From contig NW_024704743.1 in assembly GCF_018977255.1 (NCBI RefSeq), positions 28,832,001 to 28,896,000 on the forward strand: DNA of 64,000 bases, read 5' to 3'. The notes below the pieces were generated by a model. The model saw nothing but the letters and a program-made list of their open reading frames with translations, made no database searches and had not been told where the DNA came from. The position numbers were made by a program, and so were the translations under genes. This stretch comes from Callorhinchus milii. Lineage: Eukaryota. Positions 10,047 through 23,024 of this stretch are shown piece after piece; the stretch's first letter is position 1; each line of letters starts with the position of its first letter.

Positions 10047-13000
10047 CTACAAAAAGAATTCCAATTAAATATTTATAGAATGTCATTTGCTTGTTAAACA
10101 AAGCAAATGTACAGATCTTCAATGCTTCTGACACAAGCAACAATTCCCGAAGCAGCAGTTCTTAGAGAAAAAATATTTAACGAAAAGATGTTGCAATTTG
10201 TAATGATGTCTGTTGTATTTAAAATTATGCACAATAAGATTATTACTCCTCTTCCCCTGCCTTCAAAAAGTCTGAACATTTCGTATTGATTTCAGCGCAT
10301 ACTTTCATAGCTAAAAGCATTAAAGAAAAGCTGGATCAGAAACTGTACTGCATTTTTTTTAAACAATTGCGACCAAAGCTTCTATTCCTATAATTGAAGA
10401 GTTGAATGAATCCACACAGCTTCCATTTTCTACAGTTCAGCGTGTTATGTATCCGGTTCTCCTAAGTTTAAAGATACAAATTATTTAAATTGGTTTAAAG
10501 TTGTAAAGGTTTCTCTATACGTAGAAATGCTTAGTTTATATGATGGGATTATTGGGGGGACAGGAAGAACTAAGAACATTATGTCCGCTTTCCTTTCTGC
10601 ATTCGGTTCAATACCTTAGGAGACTTTATCAAAATCTGATAGAAATCAATTCACACAGGATTTTTTTAAAAAATGGATGGACATAACCAGCAGAAGCCAA
10701 TTACTGTACGTTACTGCTGCCCAAAAGTCCAGGATCCGGTATAATCTTATACCATTTAAAATGAGTAAAAGTATTTGCTTTTTCTGTAAACAACCGTGTT
10801 TGCTCTTAACCGCACTGCAAGAAACAAAATACCTCCATGTCAGGAAGCTTCCTGAGCCACAGATTTCAGAAGGAAAAGAATAAACTCCTAACACTTATGC
10901 CTGTGCAGCTTTGGTTCAGCTGCTCGCTCAGTAATTTTATTTGACTCTGGATAACTTTGCCTGTCTTGCCCACACATCTGTAGAACTTTGTGATGTACAC
11001 CAGAGAGAACGGAGGGGGGGAGGGGGGAGAGAATAAAGAAAGCGAGTGAAGACTCTGAAAAAAATAAGTTATCCAAATGTAGTGTAATAAAAGTGATGAG
11101 GAATAGAGTAGAATACATTAATAACGTGTTCTAGCCCACAAAGATCAAGTTGACAAGATGTAAGTGCTTGAAACCATTACAAATGTAGGTTCACTTGGAG
11201 TTCACTTTTCCCTTTATATTACACAGCCGATTGTGTCTCGAATATATCAAGTACCATGTAAGTGCAACTCCTCACTGTATCACGTTAAACTCTCTTCAGC
11301 ATTGATTTTGCTGCCACTCTCTCGCTCAAAATCTTACATCTTTCAAACCATAATATTAAGGCAGTAGAAATCTAAAGGCTGGGGCAACTTATGTCTTAAA
11401 TCACAAGTTTAAACCTAATTAACAATCTGATAACACCATATCTGTGGTTTAAAAATGGGATTAAAATGCTTCCACTCATCATGCAACTCAAGTTATATTG
11501 AGCCAACATTAAAATTGTACAATACACGCATTTAAAAATGTGCCTTTGAAGTATTGCAGACTATCTACCATGGGGTGGCACTGTGAGATTGTGTTTGTTT
11601 GAGCGTAATTTAATGAAACAACAAACATTGGAAGATGAAATGCTCTGTCAGTGGCTGAGTATTGTGGGTGGAGACCTTGCTCGGTGGGACCAGCCATATT
11701 TTATATGTTGAAATCCACTCTGGTACACAAGTTTGATCTGTGCTAATGATCTGTGCAGAGAACTCATGCTGACATGATGATTTACACCCATACTGTTAGT
11801 CTGTGCAACACTGTATGCTTGTGAGATCCTGACATCTGTGTCTGCCATGATCTACGAAGAACGTTTAAACTGAAGCAGTACTTCAGTTTATGGTGCAGTT
11901 TTAAGTGGTAGAAATAAAATGCATACATGCAGATAAATTACTCTTTCCTCTTTTACGGGGCAAAATACATCCCTGGAAGGGTGAGGGCACAATGATATTA
12001 TAGCGAGAGCAGAGAGCATACCTGCCACTCCAGGCAGCACAAGGACAGTGATCTAAGAGCCAACTGCATTCCCACAAAGGGCAAACCAACCTCTATAGAC
12101 ACCCTGGGGCCCTGAAGCATTCAATAGTAATGTAGACAAGAAATATGAGCACTGATAGATTTCAAAATTAAAATGCCAAGTTCAGCAAACCGTTCATATT
12201 TTCAGCTGGTTGGCACAAAAAACATTTCAGACATGTTGAACAGTTAAATTGCTATGCAACTTTTAAACTAATAACTTTACAGAACCTGCAAGTGTTTAAT
12301 CCTTAGGCCCAGTTCGTTTTAAGAAGAATTGACAATACAAATCTAATGAAACTTTAAAAAGCACAATTTTTTTAAAATCTCCTTAAATAATTATGCAATG
12401 GCATTTTAAATACGATTTTATTTTAGCTATATGCTCCATAACTTTACAGCATATTCTTTGAAGCACTTTGAGACGTCTGGAAGACGCAAGGATCCAAGGA
12501 TTATTATTACAACGGATGCAAGGATTATTATTATAACGGAACATATCTTGAAGAAATAGGCTTTGGTTAAAACTGGAGTACTTCGAAAGTGATTATATTT
12601 CATGTATGTAAAAGCCATAACAAGCTTCATAAAATTTGAGTTGAATACATGGATGCAGCAAGCTAAATATAATGCTCCTTTGACCTGAAAACTGACCATT
12701 TTGCTAATGAAGGCCAACAAACCACCAGTAAGAAAAAAAACCTCATTAGCTAACTTCCTCGGCCAATGTTTTGTGCAGCAGTGCATACATAGCAAGTCTG
12801 TGAGGCACTGAATTTTAAATAGATCAGCTGCAATCACTGGGATGCCGTGATCTTTGAAGTTCCCAGTCTTTAATTTGAAATGGAGTTGACAACTTCTTCA
12901 GTAAAAGTGGTTGCTTTTGGCTGGAAAGAAAACTCTGTGCAACCACTGTTACATAAACATTCAGCAGTTGTTTTACTTGCAAATGGACTCATTGGCACGT

Positions 13001-13064
13001 AACAATTTAGCAACTTTATTTTTGGGGGAAAAAATGGTTGTGGCTTCCCCAGTGAGCCCACGAG

Positions 13065-13190
13065 TATATCCAAGGAGCAAGTGAGCCAGTCAGACCAGGG
13101 AGATACCCAGGTCCATTGCCTTGGTCTGTCCTGAGTTTGCGGAGTTCAGTCACAGCAGTAGTCGGGAGGCTGTAACTGACAATACTGCTC
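13065..13190 (+). mobile_element. LF-SINE-like relic
   Basis: gagccagtcagaccagggagatacccaggtccattgccttggtctgtcctgagt resembles the LF-SINE head (recalled, not searched). Confidence 0.5.
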
Positions 13191-13414
13191 CTGCATACTT
13201 TTTTGGGGGTCAGCCACACGTCGGACACATGCAGAAACTGATCCATCGTGCTTAAGAGTATCCAAATCAAACAGAGTTCCATGCATCCCACCTACACATG
13301 GAAATCCTAGATATTGATAGGATACTCATAGAAATGGAAAGCTCTATCTCTCCTTGGAGGGATGCATTCTGCTTACCTAATTCTGGAAAGTATTAGGCGC
13401 AGGTTGGCAAGAGC

Positions 13415-14487
13415 CAACAACAACAACAAGATTCCATTTATAGAGCGCCTTTCACGTCGGGAGGACATTCCAAGGCGCTGTAGTAATAATAATAATAATA
13501 ATCCTTGTATTTGATATAGCGCTTTTCACGTCGGGAGGACGTCCCAAAGCGCTTCACAGAACACACTGTAAAGTGAATTGACTGTATATTTGTGGGTGAA
13601 CGCGGCAGCCAATTGCGCACAGCAATGTCCCACAAACAGTCATAGATTGAAAATGACCAATTTATTATTGTTTTTGATTTTTGGAGGGATTATTATTAGG
13701 CTCTGTGTGGAGTAAGGAAACTCGCCCAAGGTTTCGCCCTCTGCCTGGAATTGAACTCAGGTCTCTCACTTGCAAAGCGAGTGCTCTAACCACTGAGCCG
13801 CAGGACTCCCAACTGTACAGTCCTGACCCAACTGTACAGTTGGGTCAGGACCTGAGCAGAGGGGAAATGGTCAGTGTGAGGGGAGGGAAGGGAGGGAGCG
13901 AGGAGGGGGTAGAGAGTCGAGAGGGGAGCTGAAGGCACGGTCAAAGAGAAAGGTCTTGAGCCAGAGGAACGGAGGGTACGGGCAGGTAAGTAGGGGGATA
14001 GTAGGTCAGAGAGGTAGGAGGGAGCGAGGCCGTGAATGGCCTTGTAGGTGAGGGTGAGGACCTTGAATTCGATCCTCTGGGGGATGGGGAGCCAGTGGAG
14101 GCGAGCGAGGGTGGGAGTGATGTGGTCGCGAAGCCTGGTGCGGGACAGTACACGAGCTGCAGAGTTCTGAATGACCTGCAGCTTGTGGAGGGAGGTGGCG
14201 GGAAGGCCGGCGAGGAGAGAGTTCCCATAGTCCAGCCTTAAGGTGATAAAGGCGTGAACCAGGGTTTCAGCCGCATGAGGGGTGAGGTAGTGCCGTAGTC
14301 TGGCGATGTTCCGGAGGTGATGGAAGGCGGTGCCAGTTGTGGTGCGGATATGAGGGAGAACGGACATCTCAGGGTTGAACAGAACACCGAGGTTCCTGAC
14401 TGACTTTGAGAGGTGGAGAGTGCAGCCTTGGATGCTGATGCTGTCAGCGCCTGAGGTGCGGAGGCGCTGACGCGAGCCAATCAGGAG
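13415..14487 (-). mobile_element. 5'-truncated L2-clade LINE, split by a SINE
   Basis: ORF 13786-14367 has HLRNIARLRHYLT, LVHAFITLRLDYGNSLL, LHWLPI; (CAA)n tail at ~13415-13430. Confidence 0.92.
13483..13809 (-). mobile_element. tRNA-derived SINE, young short subfamily
   Basis: Full length, inserted in the L2 3' UTR. Confidence 0.93.
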
Positions 14488-16304
14488 GGCTTGGGGACCC
14501 CAGAGTGTGCATTGAGGTACTGCTGGAGTCTAACCAGCTAACATCATTGATATCACTGTCTTGCAAGTTTTCCCGCTGCTTGTCCAGCCAGGACCACCCT
14601 ACCCTCTGCAGGGTTAACGGGAGCTGAGGTGAGCAGGACGCGTCCCTCCAGGGAGAGAGTGCGCATTCCATTCCAAAAACCTATCTCTGGGATTTTCGCG
14701 TCTAAGAGGGATACATGGAATTCTCAGTTTGGTTTGGAAATTCTTATGCATAGTGATAGGTTTCCGCATGTGTTGAGACACCTGGCTGACCCCCCAGAAA
14801 TTAGTTGAACGCATCGATTTAACATCAGTCGGAATCTGTTCACATGCATAAATCTTACATTCCAATGGAGCAACACGAAGCAATAAACTGGCATTGGAAG
14901 TGCTAAATAACGCATTTCTGGTTATTTTAAGCTATAGCTTATGGCTTGTTCATTTCCCCTCTCCCACCAGTCATTGTGGGTGGTGTGCGTGGGTATTTAT
15001 TACAGTGTATTTATTCGATGGCTGTGCAATCCCCTCTTTGACTAAATTGCTGCGGTGTCTGGTTGCTGTGGAGACGTGTCTAGTGATGTCATATAACACA
15101 GCACATGTTGGGAAGCTGGCGCACTCCAGAGAGAGACTTGTACTCCTGTCACCCAGTGTTTCACAACAAGAAGAAATATGTATGTTGTAACGGTTACCAC
15201 AAAATGTTGGGAAGCTATAACCATTGTATAAAGTACAAGTGTACTGAGCCAAAGAGCAATCATTGGTTTGTGGAGTTTTGGAAAGTAAAAATGTCCTATT
15301 TAAGGCCAATAAGTTACCACGGTCAACGAGAGGTTAAACTGGAGCTTCAGACAGAAACTTCAACTTATTTGCAACTGTCGCTCTCTGCATGTTAACTTGT
15401 CTCTCTCTTTCAGACACTGATCGATCTGCTGTGAGTTTCCACATATCCTATTTTTCCTTTCTTTTTTTAACCTCTTCTTGCACTCCTCCACAATGAAACC
15501 AGTGTCTGCACAATTGGTTTGAAAAGGTCAAGTATTACAATGAACAAACCTCAAAACAAAGTATGCGCTGCTTGGAGATTCATCAGATGCATCTGAATTT
15601 AGAGGGAATGACACAATGGAAATTTTAAGTATTTGGAAAAGTCAGGTTCTTTAATGGGAAACATCAGTGATTCAACAACTAGTTAACTTCCTAGTGATAT
15701 TTCATACTCTTTGGGTAACAATGTTATTTTATTTTTCAGGTCAGCAGGAAGGCTTACTCCCGAGAGTAATCCTTATCATACACAGGGCAAATTAGGTGAG
15801 AAGTTGTTGCATGAAACAACACATAAGATTTCATTGATGTTCAATGTATAGTCACCGCACAGAGAACTGTAAAGGCAGAGAGACAGGGAAATCCAAAATT
15901 TTGCAAGGATGTAACACAAAACAGTCACCTGGATTGACAATTGATGAAAACATTGGCAGCGATTGATAAGAAAAGTTGGAACACTGCTGTACACGTTTTA
16001 AGTAAGAAACTATGCTTCAGAGAACCAAAGAAATTTGCAGCACTGAAGAAATTCTGCCCATTGGGTCTGTGCCGGCTCCTTCAAGAGCATTCCCTTCATC
16101 CCATTTTCCTGCCACAGTAACAGTGCAAATAGTTACCAAATTCAATCAAACGGTTAACATTCTACCTCAACATGATTATTTTTAAATAAATACTACTGTG
16201 CAGTCTTGTAAATAGGTTTGCCTGCTTGGTTTAGCACTAAATAAGGCAGGATTGGGAACGGTGTGAATCCAAGCTAATGCATCAGCTCAAGCAGTGACCT
16301 TTAT

Positions 16305-16585
16305 AATAATAATAATCCTTGATTTTGGTATAGAACCTTATCACGTCAGAAGGAAGTCTCAAAGTGCTTAAAGGTTTACTGTGAAGTACAGTGACTGTGT
16401 AATTGTAGGCAAACACAGCAGCACAATTGCACACAGCAATGTCCCACAAACATCCATTAAATGAAGACTAATTTGATTTGGGGGATTGTTTGCATGAACT
16501 CCTTTCTCTTTTCGAATAGTGCCATGGGACTTTTAACATCCATCTGAACAGGCAGACGGGACTGTGGTTTAACGTCTCAATCGAA
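16305..16585 (-). mobile_element. Old Deu-domain SINE fragment (SacSINE/AmnSINE-like)
   Basis: cgaatagtgccatgggacttttaacatccatctgaacaggcagacggg...gtttaacgtctc plus Deu core; similar pieces at ~22345-22700 and ~53780-53930. Confidence 0.6.
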
Positions 16586-16944
16586 TCATAATAACAAAAT
16601 ACTGGGAGCACGGATTCATCGCACTGAGCTCCTGTTAACCTGCAAGTAAAAGTCTGCGGAAAAAAAACTGCAGTTAAAAGTAAAGCAGTGTGGCCAACCT
16701 TTATGTCGGCCATCAAAATAATATTTCTTGATTGAACATTTCTTGATTTATGCCATAAATTAAGAAATATTCAGTCAAGAAAAATAACTGAAAACACACT
16801 GCCGGTCAAACATGAATCTACCTAGACTCATGTGAATCTTCACTGTGAGTGAGGGGTGAATTGGGGGGTTTGGGGGTAGCGCTTCTTGACGGCCGTGTGG
16901 GCCACTTCCAGCCGCGAGTCACAGGTTGGCCACCACTGCTCTAA

Positions 16945-17245
16945 AGGGAAGGATGTCCCAACTGGACAAACAGTGGGAAGCTACACAGTTTTAGCTGGGT
17001 AAACTCCAGCAGCACCCCAAGGCATAGGCTGGGGTCCACAAGCCTTGATTCTTGCCAACCTGCGCCAAATACACTCCAGAATTAGATAAACAGGCTGCGT
17101 TCCTCCAGAAATAAAGTACACCATTCCACTCCAGACAGGGAAATTGTCATGTATAGATTGCACACACATGCGGAACTGAGTCTGGCTTGGATACTCGAGC
17201 AGGGTGTTGGGTTCCCACGTGTGTCAGTCACTCGATTGACCTAAA
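16945..17245 (-). mobile_element. Second copy of the foldback/MITE-like family
   Basis: Reverse complement aligns with 13198-13415 joined to 14487-14610 (e.g. gagtatccaa, ggcgcaggttggcaaga, tgctgga). Confidence 0.65.
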
Positions 17246-18001
17246 CAAATTATAAGCAAAACAGATTACTCTGTCCAGCTTACTTTGTTGCTTGCTATTA
17301 TTGAACTGTGCAATTCAATTACAGCTGATTTTTTTTACAGGCTGACTGACAAAGGGCAGCTTTAAATTGCACAAATGTATTCTGCACTGCCACACAATAA
17401 TTCATCTTGCTCCACAATAATAGGCCCCCACCTTTTCATAATATTTTTAAGAAAATTGGAGTTGATGGAAAACTTAGCTGTTTCTCAGAAACCATCAACA
17501 TTTTCAAGTCTCCAAATTGTGACAATGATAAATAATCACTTACGATTTGGACTCGAGAGTTCAATTATTCTGCATTTGAAATGAAAAAGAACCTCAATGG
17601 AACCTCCTGGAAAAGGTAACATTAAGTGCACTCGATAGACTGATATAGTTTTAGTGAGATTGGAAATCTGGTCACTATCAGGTTCAAAGGGGGAAAAAAA
17701 AGTTACCCTTTAAGGTCCCCATAAACGGAAACTCTACTACATATCTTAATTATCACACTTACACTTCATATTGTAATAAGACTGGCAGCTGATACACACC
17801 TATGATATTGACATATTGCAGCTTATCATATTGAAGCACCTCAAATGCTTCACATAATGGGTTGCTGTGAATGTCTACGATGGTTATATAGTTAAATGCA
17901 GTAGCTAATGCGTTTCAGTCCTCAACTGAAGGTTTGTTCAATTCTGGTGCCTCATAGCAGCTTCTGCTGCTGATGGAAATTGAGCTACGGCAGTTGTAAC
18001 A

Positions 18002-18317
18002 TAATAATAATAATCCTTGCATTTGATATAGCGCTTTTCACGTCGGGAGGACGTCCCAAAGCGCTTCACAGAATATACTGTAAAGTGAATTGACTGTATA
18101 TTTGTGGGCGAAACGCGGCAGCCAATTGCGCACAGCAATGTCCCACAAACAGTCATGGATTGAAAATGACCAATTTATTATTGTTTTTGGTTTTGGAGGG
18201 ATTATTATTAGGCGTGTGGAGTAAGGAAACTTGCCCAAGGTTTCGCCCTGCCTGGAATTGAACTCAGGTCTCTCGCTTGCAAAGCGAGTGCTCTAACCAC
18301 TGAGCTACAGGACTCCA
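18002..18317 (-). mobile_element. tRNA-derived SINE, young short subfamily
   Basis: Full length; TSD ACATAA. Confidence 0.93.
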
Positions 18318-18772
18318 CATAAGGTGAAATACATAGCAGAGATCTGCCTAAGACATGGGGGTTAAAATATGTTTTTGAGGTGTCCTTGCTAGACTTTTAA
18401 GCAATCATCAGGCTTAGGCTGATCGACTTATAATATAGAAAAAGGCATCTGAAGCACAACATTTTTATTAACATGTATTACGCCATTCTTGCATTAAATT
18501 ACACTCCCAATAAAGAAAGCTTTGCTTCTTAATTTTGCAAATGTAACTACTATTTTCTTTCCCCTCCCCATCCTACACAATCTCCCCTCAGTAAGGAGAA
18601 TGGGTTGGTGAATACTGCATCATATCTTCATTGATGCAAGTACAGGGAGGGAATGTTTAAAAGATTGAGAATAAAAAAATAAATTAAACCATCAACAACT
18701 GATACTGTGTTTTCATCTACATGTGCTACAGCATTTGTAACATAAGGTGAATGACACAACACAGAGATCTGC

Positions 18773-19110
18773 CTAATAATGATAATCCTTGCATTTGACA
18801 TGGCTCTTTATCACATCTTTGAGACATCCCACAGCGCTTCACAGAATATACTGTAAAGTGAATTAACTGTATATTTTGTGGGCAAAACACAGCAGCCAAT
18901 TGCACACAGCAGTGTCCCACAAACAGTTGTCGATTGAGTGACCAAATTATTATTATTATTATTTTTTAAGGGATTATTACCCCCCATAAAGCGATCTGAC
19001 AATCGACTAATAACCAGGTTCCTACTTACTGCTAGGTAAATAGAGGCATGTGGAGTAAGGAAACTTGCCCAACGTTTCACCCTGCTGAGAATCGCACTTA
19101 GGTCCACTCG
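18773..19110 (-). mobile_element. tRNA-derived SINE, long subfamily, slightly 5'-truncated
   Basis: Long-form middle segment; flanked by CTAA. Confidence 0.88.
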
Positions 19111-19217
19111 CTAAGACATGGGTGTTAAAATATGTGGCATCTTCAGAAAGAATTCTTACTGTGCCACAAGAATATACTTGTCCCAGAAAACACTCAGCTG
19201 CAGGATTTGATACCTAC

Positions 19218-19344
19218 TTGTCTATATCTATGCCAAGAGGATTTGCTGGACGCAGAGACAAGGGAGAGATCCCCTTGTTCCTATCAGTGCGCATGTCGTA
19301 ATAGTTCATCTCTTCAACCCACACAGCCGACTGATCCAGGATGC
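19218..19344 (-). CDS. EXOC2: EXOC2 coding exon (exon 4), 127 bp
   Basis: (G)[41 protein letters not shown](K); acceptor ttttccaccag, donor AA|GTAGGT. Confidence 0.97.
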
Positions 19345-20059
19345 CTGGTGGAAAACAAGAATGTATAGCAAGTGAATGAAGTCCAGCATTGAAAAAAAGG
19401 CACGTAAGGAGCTGGTCTATCACCCACGCATTGAGCCAGTAAAAATTCTCCCCATCTGTTCACAGAAGCAGTTTTTTTGCAGTGGTTTCTATCCATCATT
19501 GCATTGTGCACTGCTTTGCGTTCTGTTTTACAAAATACGGCTGTATAAATTAAATCAATTCAATGAAAAAAAGTTATTTCAAACAAACGGTTAATGTCTC
19601 AGACTCACATTTCTTGTAAATAACATTTACTGTTATTTTACAAATGTTGAAATTGATTTTAACTCAACAGTAGCACAAGCTGCAAAAATACCATTTATAC
19701 TGGCCCCATTTGTTGCACTATGAACAGTCAGTATAAAAACATCATAAACTTATTATTAGATCTAAGCTAAACTGGGTCAAATCACAAACATGAGACTGGA
19801 TTACCCAAAACATACAACCAGAATAAAGAGTTCTACTCTCAAATAAAATGAGAGTAGAGGCAACTTTTTCTAAATTAAGCGAAAATTAAGGTGTACTTTT
19901 TCCCTCCTGCAATGATTCCCCAACTGTTCCTATGCTGAAGAGAGTGACTCAGACTGTCCACATACTGTTGTACAGATGGTAGTGATGCTTAACTATCTCA
20001 GGCAAGTAAAGGTATTTGATGTGAGATTCTCAATAAACTAACATTTGCTGCTCGATTAT

Positions 20060-20250
20060 TGGGTATTAATAGTGAATTCCTGGCTGGACTTCACCCGTTA
20101 CCCACAACCTAGACACTGGAGAGTGAGAAGAGCTGGAGCGATAGCCAATTATCTATAATCTAGCCCGTGGTCAATTGTAGCATTAGCGGAGATCAGCTAA
20201 CAGTACAGACTGGGGCTGAAACCTCAGCCCTTCCTGGTCTGACCCATTGG
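20060..20250 (-). mobile_element. LF-SINE-like relic
   Basis: gagatcagctaacagtacagactggggctgaaacctcagcccttcctggtctg resembles the reverse LF-SINE head. Confidence 0.5.
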
Positions 20251-21514
20251 GAGTAAGCTCAAACGGTGCGGCATCTTTTCATTCTTATGTAAATCCCATG
20301 ACTCAGCCTTTAGTAAAGTCTAATTTTAGACACAACATAAACAGTGCATTCCTGCTAACCATATAACTGATGTCCCACCATTTGTATACACGTTTTAACA
20401 GTCCTTATAAAGTATACTACAGTACAAAAGCTAATTTAGAAAAATGCTGTTTTGCCTCTATATATGTATCGTGGAATAATTTAAATCATTATCAACAGGG
20501 TTAGTATTTCTGCACCCGGATTTCAAAAAAAATTCCAAGGACATTTGGTTGAAATGATGCTTTGTGATTATGTATACTTCTGTAGCATATTGGATATATA
20601 TTATACTGAAAGTTTACAAAAAGTGTTTTGTTGAAAAGGTTACAAAGCTATGCATCTTTTGAAAAGGTCTTTCAATACTCAGAGTTGATGAGTTGGATCT
20701 ACAGTTATATTCCTAAACTTGAGTATTTGAACAATTAATATTTAATTTTTTTAATTAAATTATATTTCTCTTGCTATTTTCTGTTAAATAAAATCCTGAT
20801 GCAAAAAGGCCAAAAAAAATTGCGGTTACATTTTCTTGATGAAAATCAGAGGCAAAATACAACATTTTGGGAACTGTTTGGAAAACTTTTGGACACTTAT
20901 TCCCATGGTCTTTTACAAGTTCTACAAACTTTTACTAGTTACATTTCTTAAGGTTGTACAAGTCCTTTTTCTATATTGTGATAATGTAAGAGATGAGGCA
21001 AAATGCTAGATTGAAAGAGACGCACAGAACTAAGATTTAAGGAAACCACACAGGTTGCCAGGTCGGTCAATACTTTGGTTACCAATAACAATTTGTTGAT
21101 TTTAACACCTGAACAAGAAACCTGATGAGCAGTAAAGACAGAGACTGACAAAAAACGCTGTGCATAAAATCACAAAAAATGGATGGCTCAAGTACCCAGA
21201 TGTGGTTCAGGTTGACTCTCTGAAGCTTGTTTTGGACTCCAAATGGTCAGTGTCAACCTCTTGCTGGGCGCCATGGGCCTCCTTTGACCACAAGCATATG
21301 GAGATAGAAATAGAAACGGAGATTGGGGACCGACTGAAGAGAGTCAGTCTGTGATATCGCCAAGTACCTGCGGGACTCAATCTTTGTTAACTTTGCGAAT
21401 CCTCACCCCTTCTGCCTCCACGTTGCAGAAGAGACTTCCAGGCAGTGAAGACGGAAATCTTTTTGTCATGTTTATATAAAAAAAATTTCAGTGGAACATA
21501 TTTAATTTGTTTAC

Positions 21515-21691
21515 CTATTTTTTCTGGCTTCATCAGTCTGAAGGACACAGTTGACGTTCCTCTTCCACCGGATTTAGTTGTCACAATTATGTCTCCCTTA
21601 TCATTTTTAGCTGGTCCAACTCGACAGACAATCTTACTTGCAGACATCCATTCTGCAGTCAACAGGCAGTTGTGTCCACAGATCGTTAGAC
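21515..21691 (-). CDS. EXOC2: EXOC2 coding exon (exon 3), 177 bp
   Basis: (G)[58 protein letters not shown](G); acceptor ttttag, donor AG|GTAAAC; phase 1-1 fits neighbours. Confidence 0.97.
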
Positions 21692-22122
21692 CTAAAATGT
21701 ACAGGGATAAATTTATTTTAATATTCCTAAACGTAGTGTAATAACTTGACTCACTACATTCATGCATGAAGTATATGTTTGTGAGAGAGGGGAAGGCAGG
21801 AGAGAATGCACCCCTGAGATTTACAAGACTGGTAAGACTGGTCAAGAGGTTGAGACAGCATCATACATTGCTAAAGTGAAGCAGGAGTTGTTTGTGATCA
21901 TTGCAAACTCCTTCCCTGACCAAATTATAAGAGTTACCACCAATTCACACGCACCTTGTGTTTATTAATGAAACAAACACCCAACTTTAATTTTTTTTTA
22001 GAAAGTCAACTTATTATGTGAACAGGTTTCAAAAAGTCAGGATGCATGACTGAGGGATAAAAAGATATTAAGTCTACCTATGAATAAAAGGTATGTATCA
22101 CCACATAACAATAAAATAACAG

Positions 22123-22334
22123 TAATCCTTGCATTTGATACAGTACTTTTCACGTTTTCTAGACGTCTCAAAGTATTATTAATAATAATAATGAAAACAA
22201 CTGACATTTTTCTTTCTATCCTCCAACTACTATTGGTCATAGAAAGAAAATGGCAGTTGTTTTTATTATTATTAATAATAATACTTTGAGACGTCTAGAA
22301 AACGTGAAAAGTGCTATATCAAATGCAAGGATTA
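22123..22334. repeat. Foldback inverted repeat, ~97-bp arms, ~19-nt loop
   Basis: 22123-22219 is the near-exact reverse complement of 22239-22334. Confidence 0.9.
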
Positions 22335-22706
22335 TTATTATTATTTACTTGCATTGATATAGTGCCTTATCACGCCAAGTCTCAAAGCACTTTACAGGAT
22401 ATACTGAAAAGTAGATTGACTGTATTTTTGTGAGTGAAACGTGGTAGCCAGTATGTGCACAGCACTGTCCCAGAGACACCCATGATGTAAGTGACCAATT
22501 TTATTTGTTGACCAGGACACTGGGAGAAACTCCCTTCTCTTTTCAAATAATTCCATGGCATCTTAATGCCCAACAACAACTTGCATTTATATAACGCCCT
22601 TCACGTGTAGCGTCCACCTGAACAGGCAGACGGAACCTCGGTTTAAAAAGGACGGCACTTCTGAGTACTGCATTGGAGTAGCACCTTAAGACTATGTGCT
22701 ACTTTG

Positions 22707-23024
22707 TGGAGTCCTGTAGCTCAGTGGTTGAGCACTCGCTTTGCAAGCGAGAGACCTGAGTTCAATTCCAGGCAGGGCGAAACCTTGGGCAATCCTTACT
22801 CCACACGCCTAATAATAATCCCTCCAAAACCAAAAACAATAATAAATTGGTCATTTTCAATCTACGACTGTTTGTGGGACATTGCTGTGCGCAATTGGCT
22901 GCCGCGTTCGCCCACAAATATACAGTAAATTCACTTTACAGTGTGTTCTGTGAAGCGCTTTGGGACGTCCTCCCGACGTGAAAAGCGCTATATCAAATGC
23001 AAGGATTATTATTATTATTATTAT
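22707..23024 (+). mobile_element. tRNA-derived SINE, young short subfamily
   Basis: Full length with (ATT)n tail. Confidence 0.93.

Larger units (their letters stand above)
13198..14800. mobile_element. Foldback/MITE-like element with ~180-bp imperfect terminal inverted repeats, interrupted by L2+SINE
   Basis: 13198-13378 is the diverged reverse complement of 14627-14800; joining 13415 to 14487 recreates ggcaagagccaa|ggcttggggacccc, seen intact near 26205. Confidence 0.7.
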
